The notes: generated by a model from the letters alone, not told the origin. A stretch of DNA of 64,000 nt from Candidatus Binatia bacterium (GCA_963666515.2 OY762897.2:4416001-4480000), one strand, 5' to 3'; positions 11,764 to 25,782 are shown, counted from the stretch's first letter. A program made the numbers and translations.

Positions 11764-13127
11764 TCATGCCTCCAGTGCTCCCGTTACGCTGTCGATGGAG
11801 TCCCGCACCACCTCCACCAGGGTCGCCAGCTCGGCGTCGCTGATGGTCAGGGGGGGCAGCATGATGAGTGTGTCGCCCAGCGGACGGACGATGACGCCCC
11901 GGCGCCGGGCTTCCAGCACGACCTGGTTGGCGATCCGTATGCCCGGGTCGTAGCGTTCCCCGCGCGCCTTGTCCTTCACCAGCTCCGTGCCGGTCATGAA
12001 GCCGCGCTGGCGGATCTCGCGCACGTGGGGCAGGGTGAGGATGTCCTGCCGGAGCCTTTCCTCCAGCCACGCCATCTTCGCGGGAACCTTCTCCATCAGC
12101 GCCTCGCGCTCGAAGATGTCGAGCCCGGCCAGCGCCACCGCGCAGCCCAGGGGGTTGCCGGTGTAGGTGTGGCCGTGGAAGAAGCTCTTGAACTCGCCGT
12201 ACTCGCCCAGGAACGCCGAGAAGATCTCCTCGGTGGCGAAGGTGGCGGCCAGCGGCAGGTAGCCGCCGGTGATGCCCTTGCCCACGCACATGAGGTCCGG
12301 GCTGACGCCCTCGTGCTCGCAGGCCCACATACGCCCGGTGTGGCCGAACCCCGTGGCCACCTCGTCCGCGATGAACAGGACGCCGTTGTCCTTGCAAACG
12401 TCCCGGATCGCCCTGACGTAGCCGGCGGGCTGGGGCCACATGCCCGCGGCCCCCTGCATGACCGGTTCCATGATGAAGGCCGCCAGCCGGCCCTTCTCCC
12501 GGCCGACCGTTGTGCGCGCCTCCGCAACGGAACGCTCCATGGCCTCGGCTTCGCTCAGGCCCTGCTCCCGCTGGTAGGCGTAGGGCGGCTTCACCGACAG
12601 CGCGGGAAACAGCATGGTCCGGTGGTAGTGGTGGAACAGCTCGCTGTAGCCCACGCTCATGGCCCCTACGGTGTCCCCGTGATACGACTCCTCCAGCCGC
12701 GCAAACAGCGTCCTCTCGGTCCGGCCCAGGAGCTGCCAGTATTGCACCGCCAGCTTGAGCGCCACCTCCACCGCGGTGGCGCCGCTGTCCGAGTAGAACA
12801 CGCGGGTGAGACCCTCCGGGACGAGGGCCGTGAGCCGGGCGGCCAGTTCGATGCCCGGCACGTGGCTGAGCCCCAGGAAGGTCGAGTGGGCGATGCGGTC
12901 GGTCTGGGCCTTGAGAGCCTGGTCCAGCTCCGGGCGGCGGTGGCCGAACAGGTTGCACCACAGCGACGACACCCCGTCCAGGTAGCGGTTGCCGTCCACG
13001 TCGATGAGGTAGCTGCCCTCGCCCTCGGCGATGATGCAGGGGTCTTCGCTCATCCACTCCTGCATCTGGGTGAAGGGGTGCCACAGGTGCGTGTGGTCCA
13101 TGCGCTTGAGGGTGTCGTATTCGTTGC

Positions 13128-13131
<4 letters not shown>
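11764..13131 (-). CDS. bioA: Adenosylmethionine-8-amino-7-oxononanoate aminotransferase
   Basis: HLWHPFTQM, DGVSSLWCN, SDSGATAVEVALK, DEVATGFG, GKGITGGYLPLA and HGHTYTGNP; ATG at 13131 overlaps the bioF stop. Confidence 0.95.
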
Positions 13132-14306
<1,175 letters not shown>

Positions 14307-14308
14307 TC

Positions 14309-15052
14309 TCACTCGCCGACGGTGAGCGAGCGTCCGTTGAGGGGCTGGGCCGGGCGGTAGCTGTTGCGCAAGATGCCGCCGTACCTGGCGATCTGCGCCG
14401 CCGACACCGCAACCGGCTCGGTCATGACCACCCATGAAACACCCTGGGAGCAGGGCGGCGTGGTCAGCGATCCTCGATAGCGCCACGCCGTCCGCCTTTC
14501 GGGCAACAGCTCGGTTGCGTCGATGCTGGCCGGGATCGCCTTGGCCGGGGCCGGTCTGGCCGGCAGGCGGCGCCACAGAGGCGCCAGGACGAGGTTCTCG
14601 CGGCCCTCCTCCAGGAACACCCCCACCACCGCGAGCGCGCCTTCGTCGTTCCGGTGCACCAGGTGCAGCTCCATCGGCAGGCGGACGCCGGCCACGGTAT
14701 GCTCGCTGCCGTGGTGGAAATGGAACTGGAGCAGCTCGTAGCGGACGCCGTCGAGGATCATGCCGCTCCCCGGAGCATAGTTTACCTGAACCGCATGTCC
14801 GTTGTTGAGAAGAGTGATGGGACTCGGCGCGTAGTCGAACTCGATGCGTCCCTGTTGGCGCGTCTCCGCGTCAACCAGGTCGATGGGCGACTGTTCGAGT
14901 CCCTTGGCGCAATCGGAGAACGCGGGGTCGAGCGACCCCCAGTGCGCCGGACCCCTGTCCCCCTCGTAGCTCCACGGAATCGAATCCGAAGCGGCCGCGC
15001 CCGAAAACATGGCCGTGCACAGCGCCAGGGGCAACGCGGCGGGTACTTTCAT
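14309..15052 (-). CDS. Alpha-class carbonic anhydrase with probable signal peptide
   Basis: This is the C-terminal part of the 1175-aa ORF call. ATG at 15052 follows AAGGAAGG; WSYEG, QSPIDL, NNGHAVQ, QFHFH..SEH, ELHLVH and YRGSLTTPPC motifs. Confidence 0.92.
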   Translation of the reverse strand: MKVPAALPLALCTAMFSGAAASDSIPWSYEGDRGPAHWGSLDPAFSDCAKGLEQSPIDLVDAETRQQGRIEFDYAPSPITLLNNGHAVQVNYAPGSGMILDGVRYELLQFHFHHGSEHTVAGVRLPMELHLVHRNDEGALAVVGVFLEEGRENLVLAPLWRRLPARPAPAKAIPASIDATELLPERRTAWRYRGSLTTPPCSQGVSWVVMTEPVAVSAAQIARYGGILRNSYRPAQPLNGRSLTVGE

Positions 15053-15200
15053 GTCACCTTCCTTCCGTGGGGCCGGTGCGCGGCGCGCCTCCGTGCCTTG
15101 GGTGAAATGCAGGGCTTTCCATAACGCGCGAATCCGGTGCCGGTCAAGCGAGCGGCCCGCAAGGGGTACGCAACGGTTGGGACACGCCCTGCGGGCCGCG

Positions 15201-15227
15201 TTGACTTTGGCGATTCCGTACCTAGAT
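15201..15227 (+). promoter_or_regulatory. Possible heat-shock (sigma32-like) promoter of clpB
   Basis: TTGACT...CCTAGAT about 35-60 nt upstream of the clpB start; resembles RpoH-type boxes. Confidence 0.35.
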
Positions 15228-15262
15228 TTTGTTAAGGCTCCCCGCGGGAACCGGGAGGAATC

Positions 15263-17887
<2,625 letters not shown>

Positions 17888-17933
17888 CCGGCCTTGATTT
17901 GCAATGGCCGCGGAGGCTGGCTAGAATCTCCCA

Positions 17934-19013
17934 ATGCAGTCCCTTCTGAGAAAAAACATCGAAGATCTGGAAGGTTACACGCCGGGAGAGCAGCCCAAGC
18001 GGGCCGACCTCATCAAGCTCAACACCAACGAGAACCCCTATCCGCCGTCTCCGCGGGTGTCGGCCGCGGTCCGCAAGGAACTCACGTCGGCCCTGCGCCT
18101 CTACCCCGATCCCGTGGCCTTGGAACTGCGTCAGCGCGCGGCCGTCCTCTACAACGTCCGGCCGGAGAACGTCATGGCGGGCAACGGTTCGGACGAGTTG
18201 CTGTCCATCCTCATGCGCTGCTACGTAGGCGAGGAAGACACCGTCGCCTATCCGGTCCCTACCTACAGCCTGTACGAGACTCTGATCGCCATACAGGGCG
18301 GGCAGAGCCTGACGGTTCCGTATCCCGACGACTTCACCGTCCCGGCGCCGCTCTACTCCCAGTCAAGCAAGGTGACGATCCTGTGCAACCCCAACGCCCC
18401 TTCGGGCACGCTGGAGCGGGTGAGCGAGATCGCCCGCCTGGCGCGTTCGGTGGCCGGGCTCCTGATCGTGGACGAGGCCTACATCGACTTCGCCGACACC
18501 GACGAGAGCGCCATCGCGCTGGTCAACCGCTTCCCCAACCTGGTGGTGCTGCGCACCTTCTCCAAGGCCTTCTCGCTGGCCGGCATGCGCGTCGGGCTGG
18601 CCTTCGGCAGCGAGGACATCGTGCGCAACCTGCTCAAGGTCAAGGACTCCTACAACCTGTGCCGCCTGAGCCTCGCCGCGGCAGTAGCGGCGCTGGAGGA
18701 CGTGGAGTGGATGCGGCGGAACGTCGGGCGGATTCAGCGCACCCGCAAGACGCTGATCCGGGGTCTGCGCAAGCTGGGCTTCGAGGTACAACCGTCCCAG
18801 GCCAACTTCGTGATGGCGCGGCTGGGCGCGGACAATATCCGGTGGCTGCACGACGGGCTCCGGGACCGGGGCATCCTGGTGCGCTTCTTCGACACCCCCG
18901 AGCTTCGGAACATGATCCGGGTGACGGTGGGAACACCCCAGGAGATCCGGGCGCTGCTCACGGAGACGGAGGCCCTTCTCCAGGGCCGCGGCCTGATACG
19001 GAAGGCGTCGTAG
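17934..19013 (+). CDS. hisC: Histidinol-phosphate aminotransferase
   Basis: YTPGEQP, KLNTNENPYPPS, GNGSDE, NPNAPSG, DEAYIDF and RTFSKAFSLAGMRVG. Confidence 0.95.
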   Translation: MQSLLRKNIEDLEGYTPGEQPKRADLIKLNTNENPYPPSPRVSAAVRKELTSALRLYPDPVALELRQRAAVLYNVRPENVMAGNGSDELLSILMRCYVGEEDTVAYPVPTYSLYETLIAIQGGQSLTVPYPDDFTVPAPLYSQSSKVTILCNPNAPSGTLERVSEIARLARSVAGLLIVDEAYIDFADTDESAIALVNRFPNLVVLRTFSKAFSLAGMRVGLAFGSEDIVRNLLKVKDSYNLCRLSLAAAVAALEDVEWMRRNVGRIQRTRKTLIRGLRKLGFEVQPSQANFVMARLGADNIRWLHDGLRDRGILVRFFDTPELRNMIRVTVGTPQEIRALLTETEALLQGRGLIRKAS

Positions 19014-19022
19014 CGCCGAGCC

Positions 19023-20345
19023 CTACACCGCGGCGTTCAGGCGCCGGTTCTCCTCCACCCGTATCTTCACGATCCTGCGTCCCTCCACGTCGACGATGGT
19101 GAGCCGGTGGCCGTCGGTCTCGATCTTCTCGCCGCCGCGGGGAATCCGTTTCAGCTTGGCCAGCACGAAGCCCGCCAGGGTGTGGTAGTCCACCGACTCC
19201 TCGAAGGGCAGGTCGTAATCCGACTGGAGGTCCTTGAGCGGGGCGGAGCCCGACACCACCAGCGAGCCGTCGGGCAGGCGCTCCACCGGGCCGCGCTCCT
19301 CGGCGTCGTACTCGTCGCGGATCTCGCCGACGATCTCCTCGATGATGTCCTCCAGGCTCGCCAGCCCTTCCACCTCGCCGTACTCGTTCACCACCAGGGC
19401 CAGGGCCATGCGGCGCCGTTGCAGGTCCTTCAGGAGCTGGCTGATGGGCAGCGAGCTGGGCACGAAGAAGGGCGGGTGCAGCATGTTTGGCAGGTCGATG
19501 GGCTCGTTGGCCTGCATCGCCCGCAGGATGTCCTTGTTGTAGACGATGCCCAGGATCTGATCCAGGTCGTTCTCGTACACCGGCAGGCGGGAGAAGCCGC
19601 TCTCGACGAAGTTCCGCAGGATGTCGGCCGGCTCGGTTCCCACGTCGATGGCGTGTATCTCGGTCCGGGAGATCATCACCGCCCGCACCGGCGTGTCCAC
19701 GAAGTCGAAGACGCTGTGGATCAGCTCCTTCTCGGTCTCGTCGAAGATCCCCTTGGCGGTGCCTTCCCGGATGAGCGACTTGACCTCTTCCTCGGAGATG
19801 AAGCTGGCGGTGCCGGTCTCCTTGCCGCCGAAGACCCGCAGCACCGCGTTGCTGGAGCGGGTCAGTATCTGCACCAGGAAGGACGTGCTCCTGGAGATGG
19901 CGTCGATGGGCAGCGCCACGAAGAACGCGATGCGCTCGGAATAGCGCAGCGCCAGGGACTTGGGCACCAACTCGCCCAGGACCAGGCTCAGGTAGGCGAT
20001 GGGCAGCACCACGACAAGGATGGCGGCGTAGTTGCCCCAGGTCTCGGCGTAGGGGATCGGCAGCGACTGGAGCTGAGGCTTCAGGAGCTGGATGGCCCCG
20101 GCGCCTCCGATGGCGGAGGCCAGGGTGCCGACGAAGGTGATGCCGATCTGGACCGTGGCCAGAAACCGGTCGGGCTCCTCCTTGAGCCGGCCCAGGGCCG
20201 CGGCCGAGCGAGAGCCGCGGCCGTGCACCTGGTCGATACGCGTCCTGCGCGTGGCTATCACGGCGATCTCCGCGGCCGCGAAGAAGCCGTTGGCCAGGAT
20301 CAACAAGAGTATGACGGCTCCACCGAGCCATAAGCTGTCCAACAT
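19023..20345 (-). CDS. CNNM/HlyC-CorC family membrane protein (DUF21 + CBS pair + CorC_HlyC), probable Mg2+/Co2+ efflux
   Basis: NGFFAAAEIA, FLATVQIGIT, GELVPKSLA, FSRLPVY, EDIIEEIVGEIRDEYD and TLAGFV. Confidence 0.93.
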   Translation of the reverse strand: MLDSLWLGGAVILLLILANGFFAAAEIAVIATRRTRIDQVHGRGSRSAAALGRLKEEPDRFLATVQIGITFVGTLASAIGGAGAIQLLKPQLQSLPIPYAETWGNYAAILVVVLPIAYLSLVLGELVPKSLALRYSERIAFFVALPIDAISRSTSFLVQILTRSSNAVLRVFGGKETGTASFISEEEVKSLIREGTAKGIFDETEKELIHSVFDFVDTPVRAVMISRTEIHAIDVGTEPADILRNFVESGFSRLPVYENDLDQILGIVYNKDILRAMQANEPIDLPNMLHPPFFVPSSLPISQLLKDLQRRRMALALVVNEYGEVEGLASLEDIIEEIVGEIRDEYDAEERGPVERLPDGSLVVSGSAPLKDLQSDYDLPFEESVDYHTLAGFVLAKLKRIPRGGEKIETDGHRLTIVDVEGRRIVKIRVEENRRLNAAV

Positions 20346-20449
20346 TGAATCGATCTCCCGTCCGGAATGCCGGGACGCAGAAAGGCACTGAGGAATCCCG
20401 CTCCCGGACGAGCCGGGCGCGGAAAATTCCCGCGGACGTTCAGGTCAGT

Positions 20450-20572
20450 CTAGGGGCACATGGGTCCCGGTGGAGCAGGTGATACTTGGAGGATGGCTGG
20501 CAGGACGATGGGAGCCTTCAGGAGCGAAATGCGCGACGGAGGCTTACTGTCGTCTTGAGGGTCATCTGACAT
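20450..20572 (-). CDS. Putative 40-aa proline-rich leader peptide
   Basis: AAGGAG 7 nt before ATG; MSDDPQDDSKPPSRISLLKAPIVLPAILQVSPAPPGPMCP; ends about 105 nt upstream of the CNNM gene on the same strand; below the ORF-track size cutoff. Confidence 0.45.
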   Translation of the reverse strand: MSDDPQDDSKPPSRISLLKAPIVLPAILQVSPAPPGPMCP

Positions 20573-20767
20573 CGATGGACTCCTTGTCTCCGCTACGCCG
20601 GAGACGGGCGTTGGACTGCGGCCCGACTCGGGCCACGAGAAATTTCCTTCATCTGCCGAGAAAATGCAAGACCCTGGATGCCCGCGTTTCGAAGCACCGG
20701 GCTTCCCGGCGTCTGGTTGACCTGAACACCCTTATCCGTTATGCAAACCCTTTTGAGCGTTTGGCCA

Positions 20768-21985
20768 ATGACGACGCGCCGAGTCCCACGACTGCTGCAG
20801 GAACGTCTTGACGGCGGGACCTTAGCGCCGGGCGACGCCCTTCTGCTGTCCAGTGTCGAGGGAGATGAGTTCACGGCGCTGCTTCGAGCGGCCGCGGCAT
20901 TGCGCGACCGCCACAAGGGCCGCACCGTCACCTTCTCCCCCAAGGTCTTCATTCCGCTGACCAATCTCTGCCGCGACTTCTGCGGCTACTGCACGTTCCG
21001 CAAGGCGCCCGGCGAGGACGGCGCCCGCACCATGACCCTGGAAGAGGTGCTGGAGACGGTACGGCGGGCCGGGTCGATGGGATGCACCGAGGTGCTGTTC
21101 AGCTTGGGAGACAAGCCGGAGGCCATCTACCCCGAGATGCGGGAGTTCCTGGGGCAGCGCGGTTATCGCAGGACGCTGGAGTACCTGTACGACGCCTGCC
21201 GTGTCGTGCTGGAGGAGACCGGGCTGCTGCCCCACGCCAACCCCGGGCTCATGGCCCGCGCGGACCTGGAGCGGCTCAGGCGGGTCAACGTGAGCATGGG
21301 GCTCATGCTGGAGAACGTGAGCGACCGCCTCATGGAGCCCGGCGGGCCGCATGCCGATGCTCCGGACAAGAAGCCGGCGGCGCGGCTGCGGACCCTGGCG
21401 GAGGCGGGCCGGTTGGACATCCCTTTCACCACCGGGATACTCATCGGCATCGGCGAGACATGGGAGGAGCGCATCGCATCGCTGTACGCCATCCGCGAGC
21501 TGCACGAGCGCTACGGCCACATCCAGGAAGTGATCGTGCAGAACTTCCGGGTGAAGCCGGAAATTCCCATGAGCGGGCACCCGGATGCGGACTACGCCGA
21601 GGAGGCCCGGACCATCGCGCTGGCGCGGCTGATCCTGGGCGGCGACATGAACGTCCAGGCGCCGCCCAACCTCACGCCGGAATGCTACGAGTGGTATCTG
21701 AACGCGGGCATCAACGACTGGGGCGGGGTGTCGCCCGTGACCCGCGACTTCATCAACCCCGAGGCGCCCTGGCCCGAGCTGGTGGAGCTGGCGGAGCGGA
21801 CCGAGGCCGCGGGTTTCACGTTGAAGCCGCGGCTCCCCATCTATCCCGAGTACATCGCACGGGCGGAGCGGTTCATCGCGCCCGAGCTGATTCCCTACGT
21901 AGAGCGGCTGTGCGGCGAGGACGGCCTGGTGTCAAGTGCGGCTGGAGGAAATCATGAGCCACATCGAAGCGATGTTCGACTATGA
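20768..21985 (+). CDS. cofG: FO synthase subunit CofG (radical SAM)
   Basis: VTFSPKVFIPLTNLCRDFCGYCTF, PHANPG, PFTTGILIGIGE, QAPPNL and GINDWGGVSPVT; start codon uncertain (20741 or 20768). Confidence 0.93.
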   Translation: MTTRRVPRLLQERLDGGTLAPGDALLLSSVEGDEFTALLRAAAALRDRHKGRTVTFSPKVFIPLTNLCRDFCGYCTFRKAPGEDGARTMTLEEVLETVRRAGSMGCTEVLFSLGDKPEAIYPEMREFLGQRGYRRTLEYLYDACRVVLEETGLLPHANPGLMARADLERLRRVNVSMGLMLENVSDRLMEPGGPHADAPDKKPAARLRTLAEAGRLDIPFTTGILIGIGETWEERIASLYAIRELHERYGHIQEVIVQNFRVKPEIPMSGHPDADYAEEARTIALARLILGGDMNVQAPPNLTPECYEWYLNAGINDWGGVSPVTRDFINPEAPWPELVELAERTEAAGFTLKPRLPIYPEYIARAERFIAPELIPYVERLCGEDGLVSSAAGGNHEPHRSDVRL

Positions 21986-23198
21986 CGACGGGGCCGAACG
22001 GCTGAACGGGTTGTTGCCCCGCGTCGAGGATCGAGTCGCACGGATCCTGGAGCGGGCCCTGGAGGGGCGCGAGATCACGCGGAAGGAAGGGCTGGCGCTG
22101 TCGGAGGTGAGCGGCGACGAACTGGCCGCCCTGGCGGTCACGGCGGACCTGATGCGGCAGGCCAAGGTGGGCGACCGCGTCACCTACGTGGTGTGCCGCA
22201 ACATCAACTTCACCAACGTGTGCTACGTGGGCTGCAAGTTCTGCGCGTTCCACACCGGCCCCAACAAGGCCGGTAGCTGGGACAACTCGCTGGAGGAGGT
22301 GGCGGACAAGGCCGAGGACGCCTGGAACCGCGGCGCCACCGAGATCTGCATGCAGGGCGGCCTGCCGCGCGGCATGACGCCGTTCTACTACCGCGACCTG
22401 CTGCAGTCCATCCGCTCGCGCGTTCCCGGCATCCACATCCACGCCTACTCGCCCATGGAGATCACCTACGGGGTGGAGTTGACCGGCATGCCCGTGGACG
22501 ACTACCTGCGGATGCTGCGCGACGCCGGCCTCGACAGCGTGCCGGGCACGGCCGCGGAGATCCTCGACGACGAGGTGCGCATGGTGCTGTCCAAGAACAA
22601 GGTCAGCACCGAGCAGTGGATCCGGGTGATCCGGACCGCCCACGAGGTGGGCATCTTCACCACCTCCACCATGATGTACGGCCACCGGGAAAACGGCAGC
22701 CACTGGGTCAACCACATGCTTCTGCTGCGGGACATCCAGAAGGAGACCGGCGGCTTCACCGAGTTCGTGCCGCTGGGATTCGTGCACGAGAACACCGCGC
22801 TCTACGCCCAGGGGCTCGCGCGGCCCGGCCCCACGGAAGAAGAGGACATCCGCGTGCACGCGCTGGCGCGGGTGCTCTTGAATGATGCCATTCCCAACGT
22901 GCAGGTCTCCTGGGTGAAGATGGGCCGGCGCATGTCGCAGCTATGCCTGCGCTCCGGCGCCAACGACTTCGGCGGCACGCTCATGGAAGAGAGCATCTCG
23001 CGTCTGGCGGGCTCCACCGAGGGGCAGATGATCTGGCCCCACGAGTTCCGCTCGCTGATCCGCGGGATCAACCGGGTGCCTGCCGAGCGCTCCACCGGCT
23101 ACGAGATCCTGAGGACGTGGGAGAACGAGTCCGAGGTTCTCGCGAGCGCTCCCGCGCCCGCCGTGGGCGCTACGGACCAGACGGCCGCCGGCCTGTAA
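21954..23198 (+). CDS. cofH: FO synthase subunit CofH (radical SAM)
   Basis: GGAGG RBS; VTYVVCRNINFTNVCYVGCKFCAF, PGTAAEIL, GGFTEFVPL, QVSWVKMG and GANDFGGTLMEESISR; sits within a cof cluster. Confidence 0.92.
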   Translation: MSHIEAMFDYDDGAERLNGLLPRVEDRVARILERALEGREITRKEGLALSEVSGDELAALAVTADLMRQAKVGDRVTYVVCRNINFTNVCYVGCKFCAFHTGPNKAGSWDNSLEEVADKAEDAWNRGATEICMQGGLPRGMTPFYYRDLLQSIRSRVPGIHIHAYSPMEITYGVELTGMPVDDYLRMLRDAGLDSVPGTAAEILDDEVRMVLSKNKVSTEQWIRVIRTAHEVGIFTTSTMMYGHRENGSHWVNHMLLLRDIQKETGGFTEFVPLGFVHENTALYAQGLARPGPTEEEDIRVHALARVLLNDAIPNVQVSWVKMGRRMSQLCLRSGANDFGGTLMEESISRLAGSTEGQMIWPHEFRSLIRGINRVPAERSTGYEILRTWENESEVLASAPAPAVGATDQTAAGL

Positions 23199-23208
23199 GG
23201 CGACAGCG

Positions 23209-24156
23209 GTGTCCAGGGACTTCAGTTCCAGGACACTGGTCCTCCTCACCGGAGGCACGGGCGGCGCCAAGCTCGTCCTGGGCTTTCACGAGGAGACGGC
23301 GCCCGAAGACCTGGTGGTGGTGTGCAACACCGGCGACGACTCGGTGGTGCACGGCCTCCACGTATCCCCGGACGTCGACACCATCGTCTACACCCTCGCC
23401 GGCCTCATCGACCCCGCCAAGGGCTGGGGCGTCCGGGACGACACCTTCACGGTGCTGGACCAGCTCCGGCGCCTCGGCAACGAGACCTGGTTCCACCTGG
23501 GCGACCGGGACATCGCCACCCACCTGACCCGCACCCGCCTGCTGGCCGAGGGCCAGCCGCTGTCGCGCGTGACCGCCGGGTTGTGCCGCGAGCTTGGAGT
23601 TCGCTCCACCGTGCTGCCCATGTCCGACCACCGGGTGGAGACACGGCTTTCCACTTCGGCGGGGGAGCTTTCCTTCCAGGAATATTTCGTCAAGGCGCGC
23701 TGGCAGCCGGAAGTCCTGAGCCTGCGCTACCGGGGCATCGAAACCTGCGGTCCGTCGCCGGGGCTGCTCCAGGCCATCCACGGCGCCGCCCTGGTGGTGG
23801 TGTGCCCCAGCAATCCGGCCACCAGCATCGGCCCCATCCTCGCGGTGCCCGGCGTCCGCGAGGCGTTGCGGGAGACGCCCGCCAGGGTGGCGGCCGTCAG
23901 CCCCATGGTGCAGGGGCGCTCCTTCAGCGGCCCGGCCCACAAACTGATGGCGACCCTGGGCGTGGAGGCGTCGGTGGAAGGGCTCGCCCGTGCGTACCGC
24001 GATTTCGTGGACGTCCTGGTCATCGACACGGAAGACCGGGATCTGCAATCTGCCATCGAGCAGCTCGACGTCGAGGTCCGCGCCACCTCCATCCGCATGG
24101 ACACCCTGGACGACAAGAAGCGGCTGGCCCGGGATCTGCTGCAACTCTCTGTGTAA
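23209..24156 (+). CDS. cofD: 2-phospho-L-lactate/PEP transferase CofD (FbiA)
   Basis: LTGGTGGAKL, NTGDD, SPDVDT, WFHLGDRD, FQEYFV and PSNPATSIGPIL. Confidence 0.95.
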   Translation: MSRDFSSRTLVLLTGGTGGAKLVLGFHEETAPEDLVVVCNTGDDSVVHGLHVSPDVDTIVYTLAGLIDPAKGWGVRDDTFTVLDQLRRLGNETWFHLGDRDIATHLTRTRLLAEGQPLSRVTAGLCRELGVRSTVLPMSDHRVETRLSTSAGELSFQEYFVKARWQPEVLSLRYRGIETCGPSPGLLQAIHGAALVVVCPSNPATSIGPILAVPGVREALRETPARVAAVSPMVQGRSFSGPAHKLMATLGVEASVEGLARAYRDFVDVLVIDTEDRDLQSAIEQLDVEVRATSIRMDTLDDKKRLARDLLQLSV

Positions 24157-24180
24157 GGGAGAAGGCGTCGAACCACTCGT

Positions 24181-24232
24181 CCGTCATTCCGGCGAAAGCC
24201 GGAATCCACAGCCTGTTCCGCGGGAATGACGG
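24181..24232. repeat. REP-like palindromic element (GTCATTCC...GGAATGAC family)
   Basis: CCGTCATTCCGGCGAAAGCCGGAATCC...CGCGGGAATGACGG: outer inverted repeat with an inner hairpin, intergenic. Confidence 0.7.
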
Positions 24233-24291
24233 GAAGCGTGCGCCGGCAAGTTTCAAAATTTGCCGGGCAGGTGTTATGGATTTGTTCGATC

Positions 24292-24969
24292 ATGAAAGTT
24301 GGCGCGCTCATTCCGGTCAAGGGATTTCAGGGAGCCAAGCAGCGGCTTTCCACGCGGCTCAGCCCACCCGAGCGCTCGGAGCTGATGAAGGCCATGGTTC
24401 ACGACGTGCTGGCCGAGGTGACCCGGGCCACGGGCCTCCACGAAACGTACGTCGTCACCGGTTCCTCAGAGGTCGTCCAATGGGTCTCGGCCTGGAACGT
24501 GGAGGTCATACGGGAGCATGACGAGACCGGTGAGACCGACGCGGTTCACTTCGCCCTCGACGTGATGAAGACGGCGGGCATGGACGCCGCCCTGATTTTG
24601 CCGGGGGACATCCCGTTGCTACGGGCCTGGGACGTGGAGTCCGTGCTCGAGGCCGTGCCCGCCAACCCCGAGCCGCCGTTTGCCGTCCTGGTGCCTTCCC
24701 ACGATCATATGGGCACCAACGCGCTGCTGCTGGCGCCGCCGGACGTGCTACGTCTTCGCTTCGGCCACGACAGCTTCCGCTATCACCTGAACGAGGCGGC
24801 CGCCCGCGGAGTCCCGGTCAACGTGATCGAGAATTCGCGGATCGCGCTGGACATCGACGAGCCTGCAGATCTTCAGCAACTCCTCCCGCGGCTGGAGGGC
24901 GGACGCACCCACGGTTGCCTTGCGGCCATGAGGGACAATGGCAGCAGCTTCTTTGCCAAGGCGGGTTGA
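24292..24969 (+). CDS. cofC: Phospholactate/PEP guanylyltransferase CofC (FbiD)
   Basis: LIPVKGFQGAKQRLS, PGDIPL, GTNALL, FGHDSFRYH and LDIDEPADL. Confidence 0.93.
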   Translation: MKVGALIPVKGFQGAKQRLSTRLSPPERSELMKAMVHDVLAEVTRATGLHETYVVTGSSEVVQWVSAWNVEVIREHDETGETDAVHFALDVMKTAGMDAALILPGDIPLLRAWDVESVLEAVPANPEPPFAVLVPSHDHMGTNALLLAPPDVLRLRFGHDSFRYHLNEAAARGVPVNVIENSRIALDIDEPADLQQLLPRLEGGRTHGCLAAMRDNGSSFFAKAG

Positions 24970-25020
24970 GAGCAGGCGGCCTGCGCCGTCACCGTGTCCC
25001 TTCATGCAGTGTGCGAGTTG

Positions 25021-25782
25021 ATGCGGCGTCTCGAGATCATCGGCGTGGAAGGACTCGGCGAGGTCGGGCCGGGCGATCCGCTGGGACGGCTCGTGGCGGA
25101 GGCGTGCACGCGCCGGGGAGTCGCGTTGCTCGACGGCGACGTGCTGGTGGTGGCGCAGAAGGTCGTCTCCAAGTCCGAAGGCCGCGCCGTGGACCTGCGC
25201 ACCGTCACCCCGTCCGGTGAGGCTTCGCGGCTCTCGGCCGAGCTGGACGGCAAGGACTCCCGCCTGCTGGAACTGATCCTGCGGGAGAGCCGCCGCATCG
25301 TGGCCAAGGGACGCACCACCATCGTCGTCGAGACCCATCACGGCTTCGTGTGCGCCAACGCAGGCATCGACCTGTCGAACGTGGGCGTGGACCGGGCCCT
25401 GCTGCTGCCCAAGGACCCGGACGGTTCCGCCCGGCGCATCCGGGAGGAAGTGCAAGAGCTCACCCGGAAAACCGTGGGCGTCGTCATCACCGACACCTTC
25501 GGACGTCCTTGGCGGCTCGGCACGACCGACGTCGCCATCGGCGTTGCCGGGTTCGGCCCGCTGATCGACTACCGCGGCGGGACGGACCCTTACGGATACG
25601 AGCTGAAGGCATCGGTCACCGCGGTGGCCGACCAGATCGCCGGGGCCGCGGAGCTGGTCATGGGGAAGACGAGCGGCGTGCCCGCGGCCATCGTCCGGGG
25701 CCTGAGTTTGGCGCCGCAGGAGGGCTCGGCGCGAGATTTGATTCGGCCGGCGGAGGATGACCTGTTCCGTCGCAGCCCGTAG
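25021..25782 (+). CDS. cofE: Coenzyme F420:L-glutamate ligase CofE (single domain)
   Basis: VVAQKVVSKSEGR, CANAGIDLSN, LLLPKDPD, ITDTFGRPWRLG, DYRG..DPYG and ELVMGK. Confidence 0.95.
   Translation: MRRLEIIGVEGLGEVGPGDPLGRLVAEACTRRGVALLDGDVLVVAQKVVSKSEGRAVDLRTVTPSGEASRLSAELDGKDSRLLELILRESRRIVAKGRTTIVVETHHGFVCANAGIDLSNVGVDRALLLPKDPDGSARRIREEVQELTRKTVGVVITDTFGRPWRLGTTDVAIGVAGFGPLIDYRGGTDPYGYELKASVTAVADQIAGAAELVMGKTSGVPAAIVRGLSLAPQEGSARDLIRPAEDDLFRRSP

Noticed and set aside
15152-15199. 10-bp perfect inverted repeat GCGGCCCGCA/TGCGGGCCGC upstream of clpB as a CIRCE or HAIR operator
   Set aside because: It does not match CIRCE (TTAGCACTC-N9-GAGTGCTAA) or HAIR consensus; function cannot be assigned.
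20346-20450. Possible SRP RNA or known riboswitch upstream of the CNNM gene
   Set aside because: The SRP loop motif (TCAGGTCCGGAAGGAAGCAGC-like) is incomplete, and I could not recognise M-box or other aptamer hallmarks.
21936-21985. cofG/cofH overlap as a frameshifted fbiC fusion
   Set aside because: cofH has its own GGAGG RBS and ATG at 21954, and split cofG/cofH is a normal arrangement.
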